A stretch of DNA of 64,000 nt, from NCBI RefSeq assembly GCF_022045235.1, contig NW_027266330.1, positions 21,638,001 through 21,702,000 on the forward strand. The letters run 5' to 3'. Source of the stretch: Haliotis cracherodii (taxonomy: Eukaryota). The notes beneath the pieces were generated by a model. It was not told where the DNA came from, searched no databases, and was given only the letters and a program-made list of their open reading frames with translations. The first letter of the stretch is position 1. Each line of letters opens with the position of its first letter. Positions 12,146 to 25,918 of this stretch are shown in pieces. The translations under genes were made by a program, and so were the position numbers.

Positions 12146-12636
12146 CACCAGTGTATAATGTCCATGTGTTTCACCAGTGTATAATGTCCATGTGTTTCAT
12201 CAGTGTATAATGTCCATGTGTTTCATCAGTGTATAATGTCCATGTGTTTCACCAGACTATAATGTCCATGTGTTTCACCAGTGTATGATGTCCATGTGTT
12301 TCACTAATGTATAATGTCCATGTGTTTCACCAGTGTATAATGTCCACGTGTTTCCCTTATGTATAATGTCCACGTGTTTCACTAATGTACAATGTCCATG
12401 TGTTTCACTGATGTATAATGTCCATGTGTTTCACTAATGTATAATGTCAATGTGTTTCACTGATGTATAATGTCCACGTGTTTCACTAATGTATAATGTC
12501 CACGTGTTTCACTAATGTATAATGTCCATGTGTTTCACCAATGATAATGTCCATGTGTTTCACTAATGTATAATGTCCATGTGTTTCACCAGTGTATAAT
12601 GTCCATGTGTTTCACTAATGTATAATGTCCATGTGT
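12146..12636. repeat. 26-bp minisatellite, about 19 copies
   Basis: Unit cagtgtataatgtccatgtgtttcac. Confidence 0.95.
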
Positions 12637-14188
12637 TCCCGCATACAGAATCAGCGACCGCGGGTAGAAACAGCCGAAGCCAACACATATTTGCATAAAA
12701 CTGTCCCTTACAGCATGTCAGGTCCCGATAAACTCCGCCCTCGATTGTCCAGACTCTTATGCCACTATTCCATCGTGATAAATACCTTGGACCCATTCGC
12801 AACCATAGCGGAAGTGACGTCACCACCGCCATCGCTCCTATCTGTAGCTCAGCATGGAATCTCACTCGTCCATAAGAGTAATTTGACTATTCTAATGCGG
12901 AGTAATTAAGCTGTGGAAGCGATAGGGCCCAATGTTTTTATTAATGGGTGGGAAAATAATACCTAAGACTATCGAGGATGGTAAGATCCATATGAACTTA
13001 ACATGTTCACTCTGAACTAGGGTTTCACTGAAGTGATGGAAAAATAGTCATAAATATTCATATGATGAATAATCAAAGTCTCTCGTATCTCCCATTGTCC
13101 TATATTCCTCATATTTTGAGGGCAGCCCACACGTTAGACCATGAAATATATCATGTACTAGAATTTTATCACCGCTCGATTTTAAATCTGTTTTTTAATT
13201 CAGTTTTTAAGTTTGATCCGTCATTTCCAATCTCGACCCAAAGCCATTATTTTAAATGCCTTCGACGTAGAAAGAAAGGTCAATCAGTGGATCCTGGATA
13301 CCAGATTGTTAGCCTATCACTATATATCTCTATTTGTTACCAAAATCACATACAAATTAAAATGAAGATAACGCTAACTTACTTCCCATTTATCTTTAAG
13401 TAATTATGCACATGAGATGTGTTATGATGATGATGATGATAATAATAATAATAATAAAGTGGGTGTAGCAGGGCTTATGATAATGCTGTGACAGTCATAA
13501 TTATACTAAGCATTGCACCTTATTATTATTATCATCATCATCATCATCATCATTATTATTATTATTATTATCATTACTATTATTGTCAGTAGTAGTAGTA
13601 GTAGTAGTAGGTCTTATCATATTGCTATGACAGTCTTACACTCAGCATTACACCACTGCCTAATCTAATTTGCATACCACGTGACAGGACGTTTCTCCTC
13701 TTTGTAAACAAACACGCTAACACTGAAATCAGAGCAGTTCTTGCCAATGGAATTATTTCAGAGATTTCAGACTGCTTTGCATAATCATAAACATATCCCA
13801 CGTTAACTGCGACAGCAAGGGTCGCGAGGGTGTGTCTTTACACATCCCTTGAATAACACGGCTTACAGTGTCCTGACTCCTCACTGGTCTGTAGCAGAGA
13901 GACATGGAGGGGGATTCTTACTCTCAAATTACAACACAGACTTGCACGTGTCGATACCCCGCAATATCCAACACATTTATACAAAGCGAAACATTGCAGT
14001 GTGGTTCTTTTCATGAAATATATGTGCTGCGGTTTATTGAGAATATGCATGGATTATTTAAGAGTTAAAAAGGATATCTACAAAAAAAAAAAGAATCATA
14101 GTCGAACCTCATGAATCTTGACAAACCGCAATCGGTATCAATATCGAGCGGGTGAACGGGTTTCTGTTAAGGAGCTTATTCAAGTGTC

Positions 14189-14332
14189 GAGTGAAACCCC
14201 GTTTATCCGGTCGGTACCGTTGCGAGCCACAGCGATATTATTACCAAATCAATTTCTATCTTGAGTATACTTACAGACGTTTCTATCGGCAATCGCCCGG
14301 AAATCGGGTTTCCGTCCTATCGGGGGTTCACT
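14189..14332. mobile_element. Degraded pogo-like MITE (similar relics near 26865-27030 and 39856-39932)
   Basis: gagtgaaacccc ... gggggttcactg|ta imperfect termini. Confidence 0.5.
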
Positions 14333-15025
14333 GTACAAACCCGATAGTTATTGGATAAACAACATCCCGACTAACGAAGTTGGGTCTATACAATTAGTCA
14401 CTGAATTATGTAGCAGTTCCCATTTAAACACACACAACGTCACATTTAAAAAGATATGCATAAATACACGGTAATGTGCAAGAAAAAGTACAACTGTTCA
14501 ACTGGTCCTTTAAGGACCCGGATGAGAATGAAACCACGCATGTCCAAAGTGTGAATTGAGTGATCGGGCTGTGTACATTTTACTCCGCCCTTTTGGAAAA
14601 GAAGTGCGCCTAGAACAATCTTCATGGCTCAAGTCCGGCTTGAAAAGGTCGCCTTTCTTTGGCAATTGTGAAAATGGTTTCTGCGAAGATGAGGTATGAA
14701 ACAGGCAAGTTCGCACAGCGACATGGATGGTTGCTTCGAAATTCGTTCACCCGTAGCCAAATTGATCACCAGCCTCGGCGTTCTTGACGCTGTATAAGTT
14801 TTGTCACAATCAAATTTTTCCCAGGCCAACGGTCCTTTGTTTTGTTTGCACGAAGGCAACTGATGTAATTTTGATCCCATCATTTCTGTTAATAAACCTC
14901 TCATCTGGTCTAGAAATGATTTTACTACATTCGTACATTTGTCATTTTTTGAGCTGGAAAACATTCTTTATCCGTTTCAGCAAACCAAGTTCCTAATTTT
15001 TGCTATTCGATTGTCTTTTCCCGGG

Positions 15026-15363
15026 TTATATCCCGAGGCTTGCCAAATGTTGCCTCGCTTTGAGACGTAAATCTGCAATACTTGAGTTCTTGGCGGACCG
15101 GAAGCTGCTGTCCGGAAGTGCGGTGTAGTTGAGGGCAGCGAGGTGGTGATGATAAAGAAGCATCGGGTGAATTGGATGTTGAGAGGCGCTGGCGGCGGCA
15201 GCAGCAGCAGCGGCAGCAGCGGCGGGATGGAGGGGTAGAAAGGGGTAGAATGGTGGATACGGCAGTCTCTCAATCCCAGGTTCTCGCACCTGGGGAAGAT
15301 TCATGAAGGGGGCTACTCGGCACGGGTCTAGGGGGGTACCTTGAGACTGCATTAGAAGACCGG
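15026..15363 (-). CDS. Shox: Shox terminal coding exon (AGLLMQSQGTPLDPCRVAPF...poly-Ala...KNSSIADLRLKARQHLASLGI*)
   Basis: Acceptor tgtttatttcAG (15365-15364), phase 1 fits exon 3; LDPCRVAPF matches SHOX LDACRVAPY; OAR motif near the C-terminus; TAA at 15028-15026. Confidence 0.95.
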
Positions 15364-16204
15364 CTGAAATAAACAGACATGGACGTCAACAACAGATACA
15401 GACTAATATATTAACAATAAGGTAAACATGCTAAAACTGATATACACCCGTGAGAGCAGGTCNNNNNNNNNNNNNNNNNNNNNNNNNNNNNNNNNNNNNN
15501 NNNNNNNNNNNNNNNNNNNNNNNNNNNNNNNNNNNNNNNNNNNNNNNNNNNNNNNNNNNNNNNNNNNNNNNNNNNNNNNNNNNNNNNNNNNNNNNNNNNN
15601 NNNNNNNNNNNNNNNNNNNNNNNNNNNNNNNNNNNNNNNNNNNNNNNNNNNNNNNNNNNNNNNNNNNNNNNNNNNNNNNNCGTGTGAATGGCTAATCATC
15701 TGTCATCTGAGAGAGAGAAAGAGAGAGAGAGAACAGGTCGTGTGTGCGTGCGTGCGTGCGTGCGTGCGTGCGTGTGTGTGTCTACTTGTACTTGTCCGGA
15801 CTCATGCCAACTTTATAGTGCTAGCCCACTGAGATACTATGCTGCAGGCGACTCTGAACCGACCATTGCTTTATTGTCTTAATGCCGCGCCTGGCAGGGT
15901 AACAACAACCCGGGGTAGCAGGGTGACATCTGTTATACTTTAGAGTCTCATAGGTCATGGGGGTCGGGAATTCGAGCAAACACACCCGCATAACACCTTT
16001 GAACTTTGTGTTGTACAGTATGTGACGCTCCCATTAAGTCCCCCCTCCACTTCTTCTCTATTGTGCTGAGCCCCTTTAAATTCACATTCGTACATCACTA
16101 CACTTTGTAAAGGTAAATAAATAGTGTTTGAGATATCGTGTCATCTTAGCATATCGTATGTTATTTTGTGGAGTTGATCTTTCACTATAATTGATTTCTT
16201 TCAA

Positions 16205-16206
<2 letters not shown>

Positions 16207-16277
<71 letters not shown>
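16207..16277. repeat. (GT)n(GA)n microsatellite (others at 13425-13610, 15708-15780, 33978-34010, 46770-46876)
   Basis: Seen directly in the sequence. Confidence 0.95.
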
Positions 16278-16280
<3 letters not shown>

Positions 16281-19200
16281 GGGTGTGTTTATGAATGTGC
16301 GTGTNNNNNNNNNNNNNNNNNNNNNNNNNNNNNNNNNNNNNNNNNNNNNNNNNNNNNNNNNNNNNNNNNNNNNNNNNNNNNNNNNNNNNNNNNNNNNNNN
16401 NNNNNNNNNNNNNNNNNNNNNNNNNNNNNNNNNNNNNNNNCGCCCCAACATCTTCGTCAATATATCCAGAATGATTATTACTCCATCTACGATTCCCCCC
16501 TTGTAGTACCCATCCCTTGTCCAAACCATATTCACACAATGCCCTTATAGCTCCATGCATCCTCGATCACCCGGGCTCTAGCCACCACTTAGTTTCAACT
16601 CCCTCATGTTGTGATGTTCCAATATTAGCGGACCCTCGACATTATACTGTTTGGTAGTGTTCCAATGGTTTTATCTCCTTCAGACCACGCCGCGAAGTCT
16701 TTCACACAGAACCACGGCAATAAAACTATAATCCTCCACTGATTATTACACCCTGATTCCTCCGAAACAGCAAATACAGGAAAATTACAGTAAATATTGT
16801 CAAATTTACTCCCTTCATTTGAGCAGCCCTCACAATTATTGGACATGGTTGGCCATTGTAGTAAAGCCCTAATTGATTCTAGGAGGGGTTTTATTTAGTG
16901 ATCTATCATAAAACCCGCGCTATCGTCCTAATTGAAGTGTCGCCAACTGTTTACCGCCCGTGTCTAAGATTATGATAGCTAGTGAGAGTCATCGCCTCGT
17001 GTCAGCAATTGTATTCGTCTATCCCAACAACTGATTCCAATCCGACAACTCGACATCCCCTATGTTGGGCTAATTCGTTCAATTGCTCCCCCTCAACGCC
17101 GCGGAGCCATACTTCGCAATCGTCAAAAATAAAAATGTACGTTTCGGCTTTATAGAGGGGAAAGGGGTCAATTTTTGAATGAAAGAAATTTCAAAATGTG
17201 ACCTGTATCCGATGATCTCTGATGATCAAATATTTAACAAAACTCATTCATCAAGCGACGAGACACGCCGAACCAAAGATCATCCTCGCGTAGCGGGGAA
17301 AATAAACACTGGCTTATTGAAACTGGCGATGTTACTATCTGGCTCCGCTAAGAGACACCCAGTAATTGCTTTATTAGATGGATAACACGACATTAAATGA
17401 TACCATAGAGTACAAATTCAGCTCACCATGACAGTTTTCTCTTCGAATCTACTGATTAAACGGCGGGGATAAACTGGGAAGGGGGCACCGATGTCGCGTG
17501 TACAATTAGAGTCGGCAAATTGGAAAATTTCCGACGCGGCCCGGTTGTTTGTTCCGGAAAGATATGTTGTTATTTATGAGGATGCTCCAAAGAAGAGGCA
17601 GATCAATGCTCGTACTTTTCTTATCAACCAACTGCGCATGTCCTACAGCTGTTATAGGGACGAGGCGTATACCTATGTGACTTAATGGAACGGTCAGGTT
17701 TGAGTGGTTTAACACTTCATCACTTAACGCTGCGGCCATATAAGTCGGTCGATAGTATAGAAGTGTATACTCTCAGTCAACGGCCTCAAAGTAAGTTATA
17801 TGGTTACCGTGCGTCCATATTAAGACTTCTCCAAAGGTCCGATTGAGATTAAAGCATTCGGCACAATTTATTTCAGATTCTTTCGGGATAGTTGGGATTT
17901 GATGATAAAAGAATAAAGATCTGTCTTAACAGAATGTTGTAATGGTGATTATATACACGAGTCCTGATGTATCCCGTAAATCATATTTACTTCTTAATAA
18001 AGCTTGATATTTATCTGTACGTTCGGGCCAGCAGAAATTAAGGGTTGTCCCGAGAGAATAAATTTTGTGACATGAGGCTTGGGTCTTTTTCACTCAGATT
18101 AACTCATCCTTAATTCTTCCCAGCTCGTTATTATCTTAGAGGTCAAAGTAGGGATAAATAGTATTCGTAAATATTCGAGAGTAGCCAAGCGACGATGTAT
18201 AGTTGTGGTATTGATAATTGTAGCTTGATGCAACGTTCCCTCTCCACTCAAATATGTGTTTCGGAGATATTATTCAGCATACGTGCATAGCCTACATAGA
18301 ATACGGCACAGCTGGAGTATTAATATGGTTGTAGTGTTTAGAATTAACATCCCACACGTGATTACACGTACACACACGTGCACACACGTGCACCGGAGTA
18401 CAGGAAGTGTAGGCCTGAATATTTAACCTTGAAACAGACAAACTGAGCCAAAATGTGACCTTCATGAAACGGGTAATATAGATCCGTTGTAAGTTTAACT
18501 TGTATTGGTCGTTTCGGAAGTGAAATTGATCGATCAATTGATATGTATAGGATTTATATAGGACAAGTGGTGCTCGAAGCATAATATCATTACAGGGGTG
18601 CTTTTAAAAGTCACCCATTTCTCAAGTGTATCGCACAACAGCACACACTCGTATACCCAAACAGACAAGGGAGCAGTACACAAACTCCCACACGTCCAGA
18701 CGAATGGGAAATAATGCGTGACAGCTGATCGCTTATTTCCTTTTTACAAGTAGGTCTTTTGAAATGGTCATCGAAACACTGTATAAGCCTGACCGACTGC
18801 ATTCCAGCGCCCATGTCCTAACTCGACGGCCATTAGTACTTGAAATAAACTTCAAAACATATAACATTCGTTCAAACGATTTAGCTGTTTCCAAAGAGAT
18901 TTTTTTGTTTTAAAGAGAAAGCCTCTCTTTCAGCGTAGAGCTTAATAGGCTTCCTGTTCTCGCCGCCCATATATTTTAACACCGAATTACTGATTCCATT
19001 AATTTGAACTCTTATCTTATTCCGAGTCTCCTTTTTCTGCCTAGAGTTTGTTGTCATTCCGAACCAACTTCTTATCGCGTAGCCTACCTATCGTGTTTTA
19101 AGCATGAACACTTAACCAAATTAACAATTAACCGTTTTTGTCCTAAACCGTAAAACTATACTTCAAATTGAAACTTCCTTTTTTCGATTCAGCTAACCCG

Positions 19201-20934
19201 CTGCTACTTGATCAAATAAGCTTCTTATTTCAATAAACTTTCTCCCAAGAAACTTCTTTACTTAGCAGAACCGGGCGTTTGTGGACGTCGATAATTTGAA
19301 CCCGGTTCAGACAGGGGAAAAAACATCTTCGCCACTAAATTAACTGTGTTAACAGAAGCGGCATTTAGTTGCCAAACGGGGTGAACAAAGCGTTTCCACG
19401 TTTCCATTTCGGTTTTCCCTGAAGCCCTGGAAGGAAGCCTATTGTAGCCAGTTCGGTATTGTCCCCTCCGATGCCATGTCACGCCTGGTGACCCAACCAC
19501 TGGGCTAAGTAATCGAGTCTCTTTTTCTTGTCCCAAAGCGGGCATTTGAAATGGCGCGGGAAGTATCGAGGATCCTCCAAGAAAATTAAATAAAGATGAA
19601 CTGTTTTGCGTTAATTTGGGCAATCAACCCACGAGGGAGAGGACGTCACTTCGCAACGCTTTCAGCCATCAGCCCCAGCAATAGCTGTGGTACCCTCAAT
19701 TAGCCGAATATATCACCCAAATTAAATTAATTAAGATAGTATGGTCGCTGAATGCTTAACACAAGGTTAATGGGAGTCGCCAGGCCTTTGACAGTATTTT
19801 TCAGCCTAATTTGATTAATTTGTAAAATATTCATTAAAACAGTAGCCAATTTGGACGGAGTTTAGGCTCTATGGGTGATCTTCGTCTAGGAAGGGGCCGT
19901 TGGATTTCCTTGACAAACTTGCAGCTCACGCGCTCGTTCGGTTATCGCCTATCATTTCCCCGTCCGAGACGACAATTGTTTGTGACCCGCACCGCCAATC
20001 TCTTTGATGCCGAAATAAGACCTGAAATTCTCAATTGAGGCAAAGATTCAAATTCGCACCAGTCTTCTAATCCCGACACATTAAATCAACCCAACTAATG
20101 TCACTCCAAATCTGAACCGGGATTTATATTTTAAAAAGTCGTGAATTGTGATTTAATAAGAATCAATGAAAAAAATAAGAGAGAGGAGGGATAGAAATAA
20201 CCTTTGAACATTAAAAAAAATGTATGGTAATTTGGGTTGAATCAAGTAATTATACGAGACAATGTATTGTAGATAACTCGTCTCTGTTTTTGTTGTAAAA
20301 CGTCAATAGGTCGATAATGGTCTTTGTCACTTTTAGCAAGATGAACTATTTCGTATAATTGTATTAAACATTTTATATACAAAATATTCTAAAAACAACA
20401 GTTGCGTAAATAAAATACAAGAAATAATAAAATCTTCATGACAGGAATATAGCTTCGTGTTTGTTTTGTTATCGTGGTTAAAGATAAACGTATAATATTG
20501 GAGTTAGGATTTGGAGCTAGAACAGTTTCACAGTAACACAATGCTGTAAGAGGTGGCTGTGGATCGGATGATTAGGTGACGTGGTTGTTTGCGTGTCATC
20601 GTGCTCTGACAGTGGAAATCGTTGCTCATAATATCAATCACTGGTTTGTTTGGTCTTGATAACGTTCAAGCCGATGTCATGCAGCTGAAATATTGCTGTG
20701 TGTCCCATTAAACAACAAACAATGTCACGCCTACGATCTATATCGTATATTGAAAATATGCACCAAGTTCCCCAACGTTTGTCGGAAGAGCTAACTGAAG
20801 ATTGGGTGGATATAATGCTTGACCTGGACGATTGGGGGTCATCGTGCTCAGATAATGCGGGCTGTTGCCTAAGTCAGTCAACAAGCAACACAGCTGGGTT
20901 TTTTTGTTTTGTTTTTTTTGGGGGGGAGGGTTAT

Positions 20935-21161
20935 TTGTTGTTTAGCCATGTTCCATTTATATATAAAGGCGGTCTGAAAAGAAAAGAATCGAGTCTGGAC
21001 CAGACAATCCAGTGATTGACATCATGATCATCGATACTTATAATTGGGATACGATGACATGCATGAACCAAGACAGCGAGCCTGACCACCCGATCCCGTT
21101 AGTCGCCTCTTACGGCAAACATGGGTTGCTGAAGACCTATTCTAACCCGGATGTTCACGGG
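20935..21161 (-). mobile_element. SINE-like family B, near full length
   Basis: Same head, body and tail as the other B copies. Confidence 0.85.
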
Positions 21162-22099
21162 TGACAAGCTACATTGATATAGCTGGAATATTTACGGCCA
21201 AGCAACATCAGCCCTCAACAAACGAAACATCAAACACTTTCTCCCTGACTCCCCCTTCTCTCCGTGTCACTCTTTCTCTCTCTTACAATTCACTGTTTAG
21301 CTGTTGCAATATTAATATATATTATGTTGAACAGCATCATTTCCAGTTCATTGAAACATGTTTTGTTTAACGTGATCTCTAGCAGGTACACGTGGGATAC
21401 AAAATCTACCATGTCACTGATCAATTCATGAATATAAAATTTATGAGGAATTAATATAATAAACAGGTCAAATGATTCACACCTACCACAACGGAATTAA
21501 CGCCACCTGGTGGCAACAAAAACTACAAAGGGGGATAATCTATTCATCCCTTGTATCAATTCCCTAAACTGTAAATTTCGCGACTCAATTAGTGTTCTTG
21601 ATCGAAAGTGTCAACAGAAATCATCGCATCATCCATCAGGCGTCTGCAACTTAAATGTTCTTCCCTGATTTCATTAATGGCATTGTTTTCTTCTGCGGAG
21701 TCTTCAACACATTACCTTATTTGAAAGTCTCGCTTTCCCATCTCAATTACGGCGATTCATTTTTCGTGACTAGTAAAAACTAAAGACTTTGGGCTGACGG
21801 TATGATTCTAACGAGCACAGACATCAGGTACAGCTGACGAACCAAGTCTCACGTTAACATAGTAGTTTTTAATGTTGAAGTAATTATATTCATCCAATGA
21901 GAAATTTGATTTAGGAATTATTTTTCTGTGGAGTAATCTGGAACATTTTCTGTTTTCAACAGCATCCTTGAACATTCATTGCTATACTTTGCATTTTTTC
22001 AGGGCAATGTAGTTTGAAATAGGCATCTTAGAAAGGCAAGGTTGCAGTAGATTTGATAAAATATTAATAATAATATTATGTAATTGCATGAACTGTCTG

Positions 22100-22670
22100 A
22101 GAGTGTAAAGTGTTAGACGTAAAGTGAGTGAGTGAGTGAGTTATTGCTTTACGCCACATCGGCAATATTTCAGCCATATAGTGACGAGTAGACGTAAAGC
22201 AAGTGTAAAGTGTCAGACGTAAAGAGAGTGTCAAGTGCACGACGTAAAGAGAATGTAAAATATTAGACGTAAAGTGTTAGACGTTAAGAGAATGTAAAAT
22301 ATTAGACGTAAATAGAATATCAAATATAAGACGTAAAGAGTGTATAAAGGGCCAGACATAAAGATAATGTAAAATATTAGACGTAAAGATAGTGTAAAGT
22401 GTTAGCCGTAAAGAGAATGAAAAATATGAGGCGTAAAAAGAGTGTAAAGTGTTAGACGTAAAGAGAATCTAAAATAGTAGACGTAAAGAGAATGTAAAAT
22501 ATTAGACGTAAAGAGAGTAAAGTGTTAGACGTAGGGAGTGTAAAGTGTAAGACGTAAAGATAATGTAAAATATTAGACGTAAAGAGTTTGTAAAGTGTTG
22601 GACGTAAAGAGAGTAAAGTGTTAGACGTAAAGAGAGTGTAAAGTGTTAGACGTAAAGAGAGTGTAAAGTC
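22100..22670. repeat. About 25-bp degenerate minisatellite
   Basis: Unit gacgtaaagagagtgtaaagtgtta. Confidence 0.9.
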
Positions 22671-22699
22671 GTTAATCGCCATAGTCGTCAGGTTACACA

Positions 22700-23112
22700 G
22701 ACCGCCTCCGTGGTCTAGTGGAAGAGCGTCTGCCCAGAGAGCGGAAGGTCGTGGGTCCATACCCGGCCGAGTAAAACCAAATTACATTAAAATATGGTAC
22801 TTGTTGTTACCCCGCCTGGTGCTCGGCATTAAGGGGCAATAACAAGGACTTGTCGGCTCGGAGTCAGTATACTGTGTCTGAGTGGGGTATTCATGTTAAA
22901 CGGCGGCATGGTATCTCAGTGAACTAGCACTATAAAACTGTCATTAGTTCGGACTAGTACAATCAGACACACACACAGACGCACACACACACGCGTGCAT
23001 GCACGTCGCTATTTAAGTTCAATAATATAGAACGCGACGTTAAACCTCATTTCACCTCACCTCACCTCACCTCACCTCACCTCACCTCACCTCACCTCAT
23101 CTCACCTCACCT
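22700..23112 (+). mobile_element. SINE family D (tRNA head, Meta/MESC-like core as recalled, (CACCT)n tail)
   Basis: A box TGGTCTAGTGG, degenerate B box, core aaaatatggtacttgttgttaccccgcctggtgctcggcattaaggg; related sequence at 10455-11325 (-), 9055-9135, 15860-15908. Confidence 0.78.
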
Positions 23113-23869
23113 AACCATTGGTCCAACAAGTAACTTACAAACGGCTACCATGGACACATTTAAACAGTCTATACAATTTGCACTTGTAACATGCTGAAGT
23201 CCCGAGTACCTAATCCAATGAAAATCACAAAAAGTATGTGAAAATCAAGTAATCTTATACCCCTGCCTTACCTAGCCCTGTCCTGTCTACAACCAGAGCC
23301 TGTCGCCGCCTGACAGCAGGTCAATTCTGACCAGGATGTATATGTTTTCAAGGGAACGTATGTTTGTGATGCAGCTGTAGTTGCTGTTATAGTGACTAGG
23401 CAGCAGACTTGCTTGTTTCTAGTTATATGACTGCCTTGTGCCAAGCTGGACACTGGGTGACGAACTCTGCTACCCACAGGTTTCTGACCCGCTGACAGTT
23501 TTCTTACAAAACAAGATAGAGACAATTAACTGCGAACTCCACTCGAGTGCAACTGTATTGTGTTGGGATGGATCATGTTAATATTGGCTTGTGCCTACAT
23601 ACTAGAAAATACATATCCAAACTAATCATATTTTTTTTTCATCAAATAAGACTGAAGTAAGATTATTTCATCCATTTCAAACATATAGTTTGTTACATTA
23701 CGGAAGCAGACGATAATCCACCATTCTGCATTTGGACCGATCGTTTGCTGGAGCTATATATTTGTGTCCGAACTTACATATATTTTCACAAAATAAGACT
23801 GAATGAAGTTTATTTCATCCATTCTAAATATGTCGTCTGCTACATGCTTGGAAGCAGACCAGAACCCAC

Positions 23870-23927
23870 CTTTCTGCATCTGACTCTCCTGTTTCCGGCA
23901 TTTGGCACGTCTGTTCTGGAACCATAC
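23870..23927 (-). CDS. Shox: Shox coding exon 3 ([19 protein letters not shown], 58 nt)
   Basis: Completes helix 3 with Q50; acceptor ttttccccttcAG (23929-23928); donor AAG|GTGGGT (23869-23868); phase 0 in, phase 1 out. Confidence 0.96.
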
Positions 23928-25257
23928 CTGAAGGGGAAAATGCGCAGATTGACAAGCCATCCCTTGAAACACAATGCTTCGCAGTTAATTTAATTTGCCT
24001 GTTTTGCTCATCGAGTTATTCCCCCTGATTCAATTACGCCGAGTTTTTCTTTCCCATTTCTTTGTGTACTTAATCCTTAAAACTTCTCCAACTTCATTCT
24101 GCTTATTAGGTTAAGCCATTTCGCGCCAAATTTCTAACACCTTCTCTCATATCGATATGCAGAGGATAAGAGGAGTTTGCGATTTTTTTCCTGCTAAGAA
24201 CCTTCGCCTCTTTTCAACGCCAGACCGACGTATTAGGCATTGTCTGTCTTTATTTAGACAATTTACGGCTAGTCACAGATTGGTCCTTAGGGCGACACCC
24301 CTTCTCGGCACGAGATGTGGCGAATTTGATAAGAATACGGAAAGTTTTGAGACATTTCGGGATAATCTGATTTCGGAATTACGAAATTTGAACCCTTAGG
24401 CGTTGACTGTTCGTACTGGGCAAACTGTGCGATGTAGGGTCTACGCTTTGCATCTGATTTTACAATTATCTGGGCAATTCTAACTCAATATTTCTCAATC
24501 ATAAATTGGAAACTCAATTTACGATGAGGGCTATTGGTGAAGCCTTAATAAGGAATAACACATTCTGTATTTGCAAGTCTAATGAATCACTTGCTTAACT
24601 TCCAAAATCTGGCACTTTTCGCGGGAACGGAATATTCCAAAGCCGATGCGGTTAGATATTATGTTATGAACGATTTTTGTCAAACAGTAAAGGGATTAGC
24701 AGGACCTGCCTCGGGACATGACTGGTACAAACATGCATCAGAAAAGAGGGCTTTTGAGTCCAACACTCGTGCATTGCATCTTGGTTTCCAACTGTGGCAT
24801 ACATTTACATGTACTTAATTTGCATCTTAGTCTCAGTGAGAGTCCAATACATGGAACGGGATCTTACCTGCAATAATTGTGGTAAGTATCTGGATTAGAT
24901 GAGGGCTGGCAACCGCTTTAGTGTTAGAGTCAATGGGGTTTTATGCCACTCTTTTGTAATATTCAATAAGCAAACAGTGCACTGGGTCAGACAAGGGTGT
25001 ATACTACACCTGTGTTTATCAATANNNNNNNNNNNNNNNNNNNNNNNNNNNNNNNNNNNNNNNNNNNNNNNNNNNNNNNNNNNNNNNNNNNNNNNNNNNN
25101 NNNNNNNNNNNNNNNNNNNNNNNNNNNNNNNNNNNNNNNNNNNNNNNNNNNNNNNNNNGCGCCACGATATGTGTATGTTGAGTACCACTCCCAAAGCGAG
25201 CTAGGTCACAGGGTAACGTTGATACTACCTTACACTCATTTTACCTTACATTCATGA

Positions 25258-25655
25258 CACCTAACACATATTATAACACTCGTTGTAACCAACACATATT
25301 ATACCTATACATATTTATACCTTCAAACATTATACCTAACACATATCATACCAAACACATCATACCTACACATATTACACAAACACATTACACCTAACAC
25401 ATATTTATACCTAACACATATTATACATAACATATTATACCTACACATATTTATACCTAACACATATTATACATAACATATTATACCTACACATATTTAT
25501 ACCTAACACATATTATACATAACATATTATACCTACACATATTACACAAACACATTACAGCTATTACATATTTATACCTAACACATATTATACCTACACA
25601 TATTACATAAACACATATTATACCTGACATTTATACCTAACATACCACACCATTT
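25258..25655. repeat. Degenerate 15-17-bp minisatellite
   Basis: Unit acatattatacctaac. Confidence 0.85.
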
Positions 25656-25755
25656 ATGCCGTGAACACATATCCAGGGTCTCTCTTGTGTAACTCATTCT
25701 TGGAGTTTTCTTGACAAATAAACTTCGGCATATACGATACCTCTTTTAATGGGTG

Positions 25756-25918
25756 GGCGGTCGGGTAGCCCAGTGGTTAAAGCGTTCGCTCGTCACGCCG
25801 AAGACCCGGGTTCGATTCCCGACATGGGTACAATGTGTGAAGCCCATTTCAGGTGTCCCCCGCCGTGATATTGCTGGAATATTGCTAAAAGCGGCGTAAA
25901 ACCATACTCACTCACTCA
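25756..25918 (+). mobile_element. SINE family A, young full-length copy
   Basis: Perfect 15-bp TSD ctcttttaatgggtg at 25741-25755 and 25919-25933. Confidence 0.92.

Larger units (their letters stand above)
12066..15025 (-). other. Possible Shox 3' UTR with alternative poly(A) signals
   Basis: Minus-strand AATAAA at 14033-14038 and 12937-12942; ATTAAA at 12101-12106 followed by a GU/U-rich tract (12066-12085); motif evidence only. Confidence 0.3.

Noticed and set aside
15285-15293. CAG|GTGCGA as the equivalent of the human exon 5/6 junction
   Set aside because: Aligning from CRVAP places it several codons before the human junction, and the frame is continuous to OAR
18355-18390. Three CACGTG sites
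   Set aside because: Derived from a degenerate (CA)n repeat
23268-23525. 85-aa minus-strand ORF ending at a strong AG|GTAAGG donor
   Set aside because: No convincing acceptor, no recognisable protein similarity, and not needed for the Shox frame
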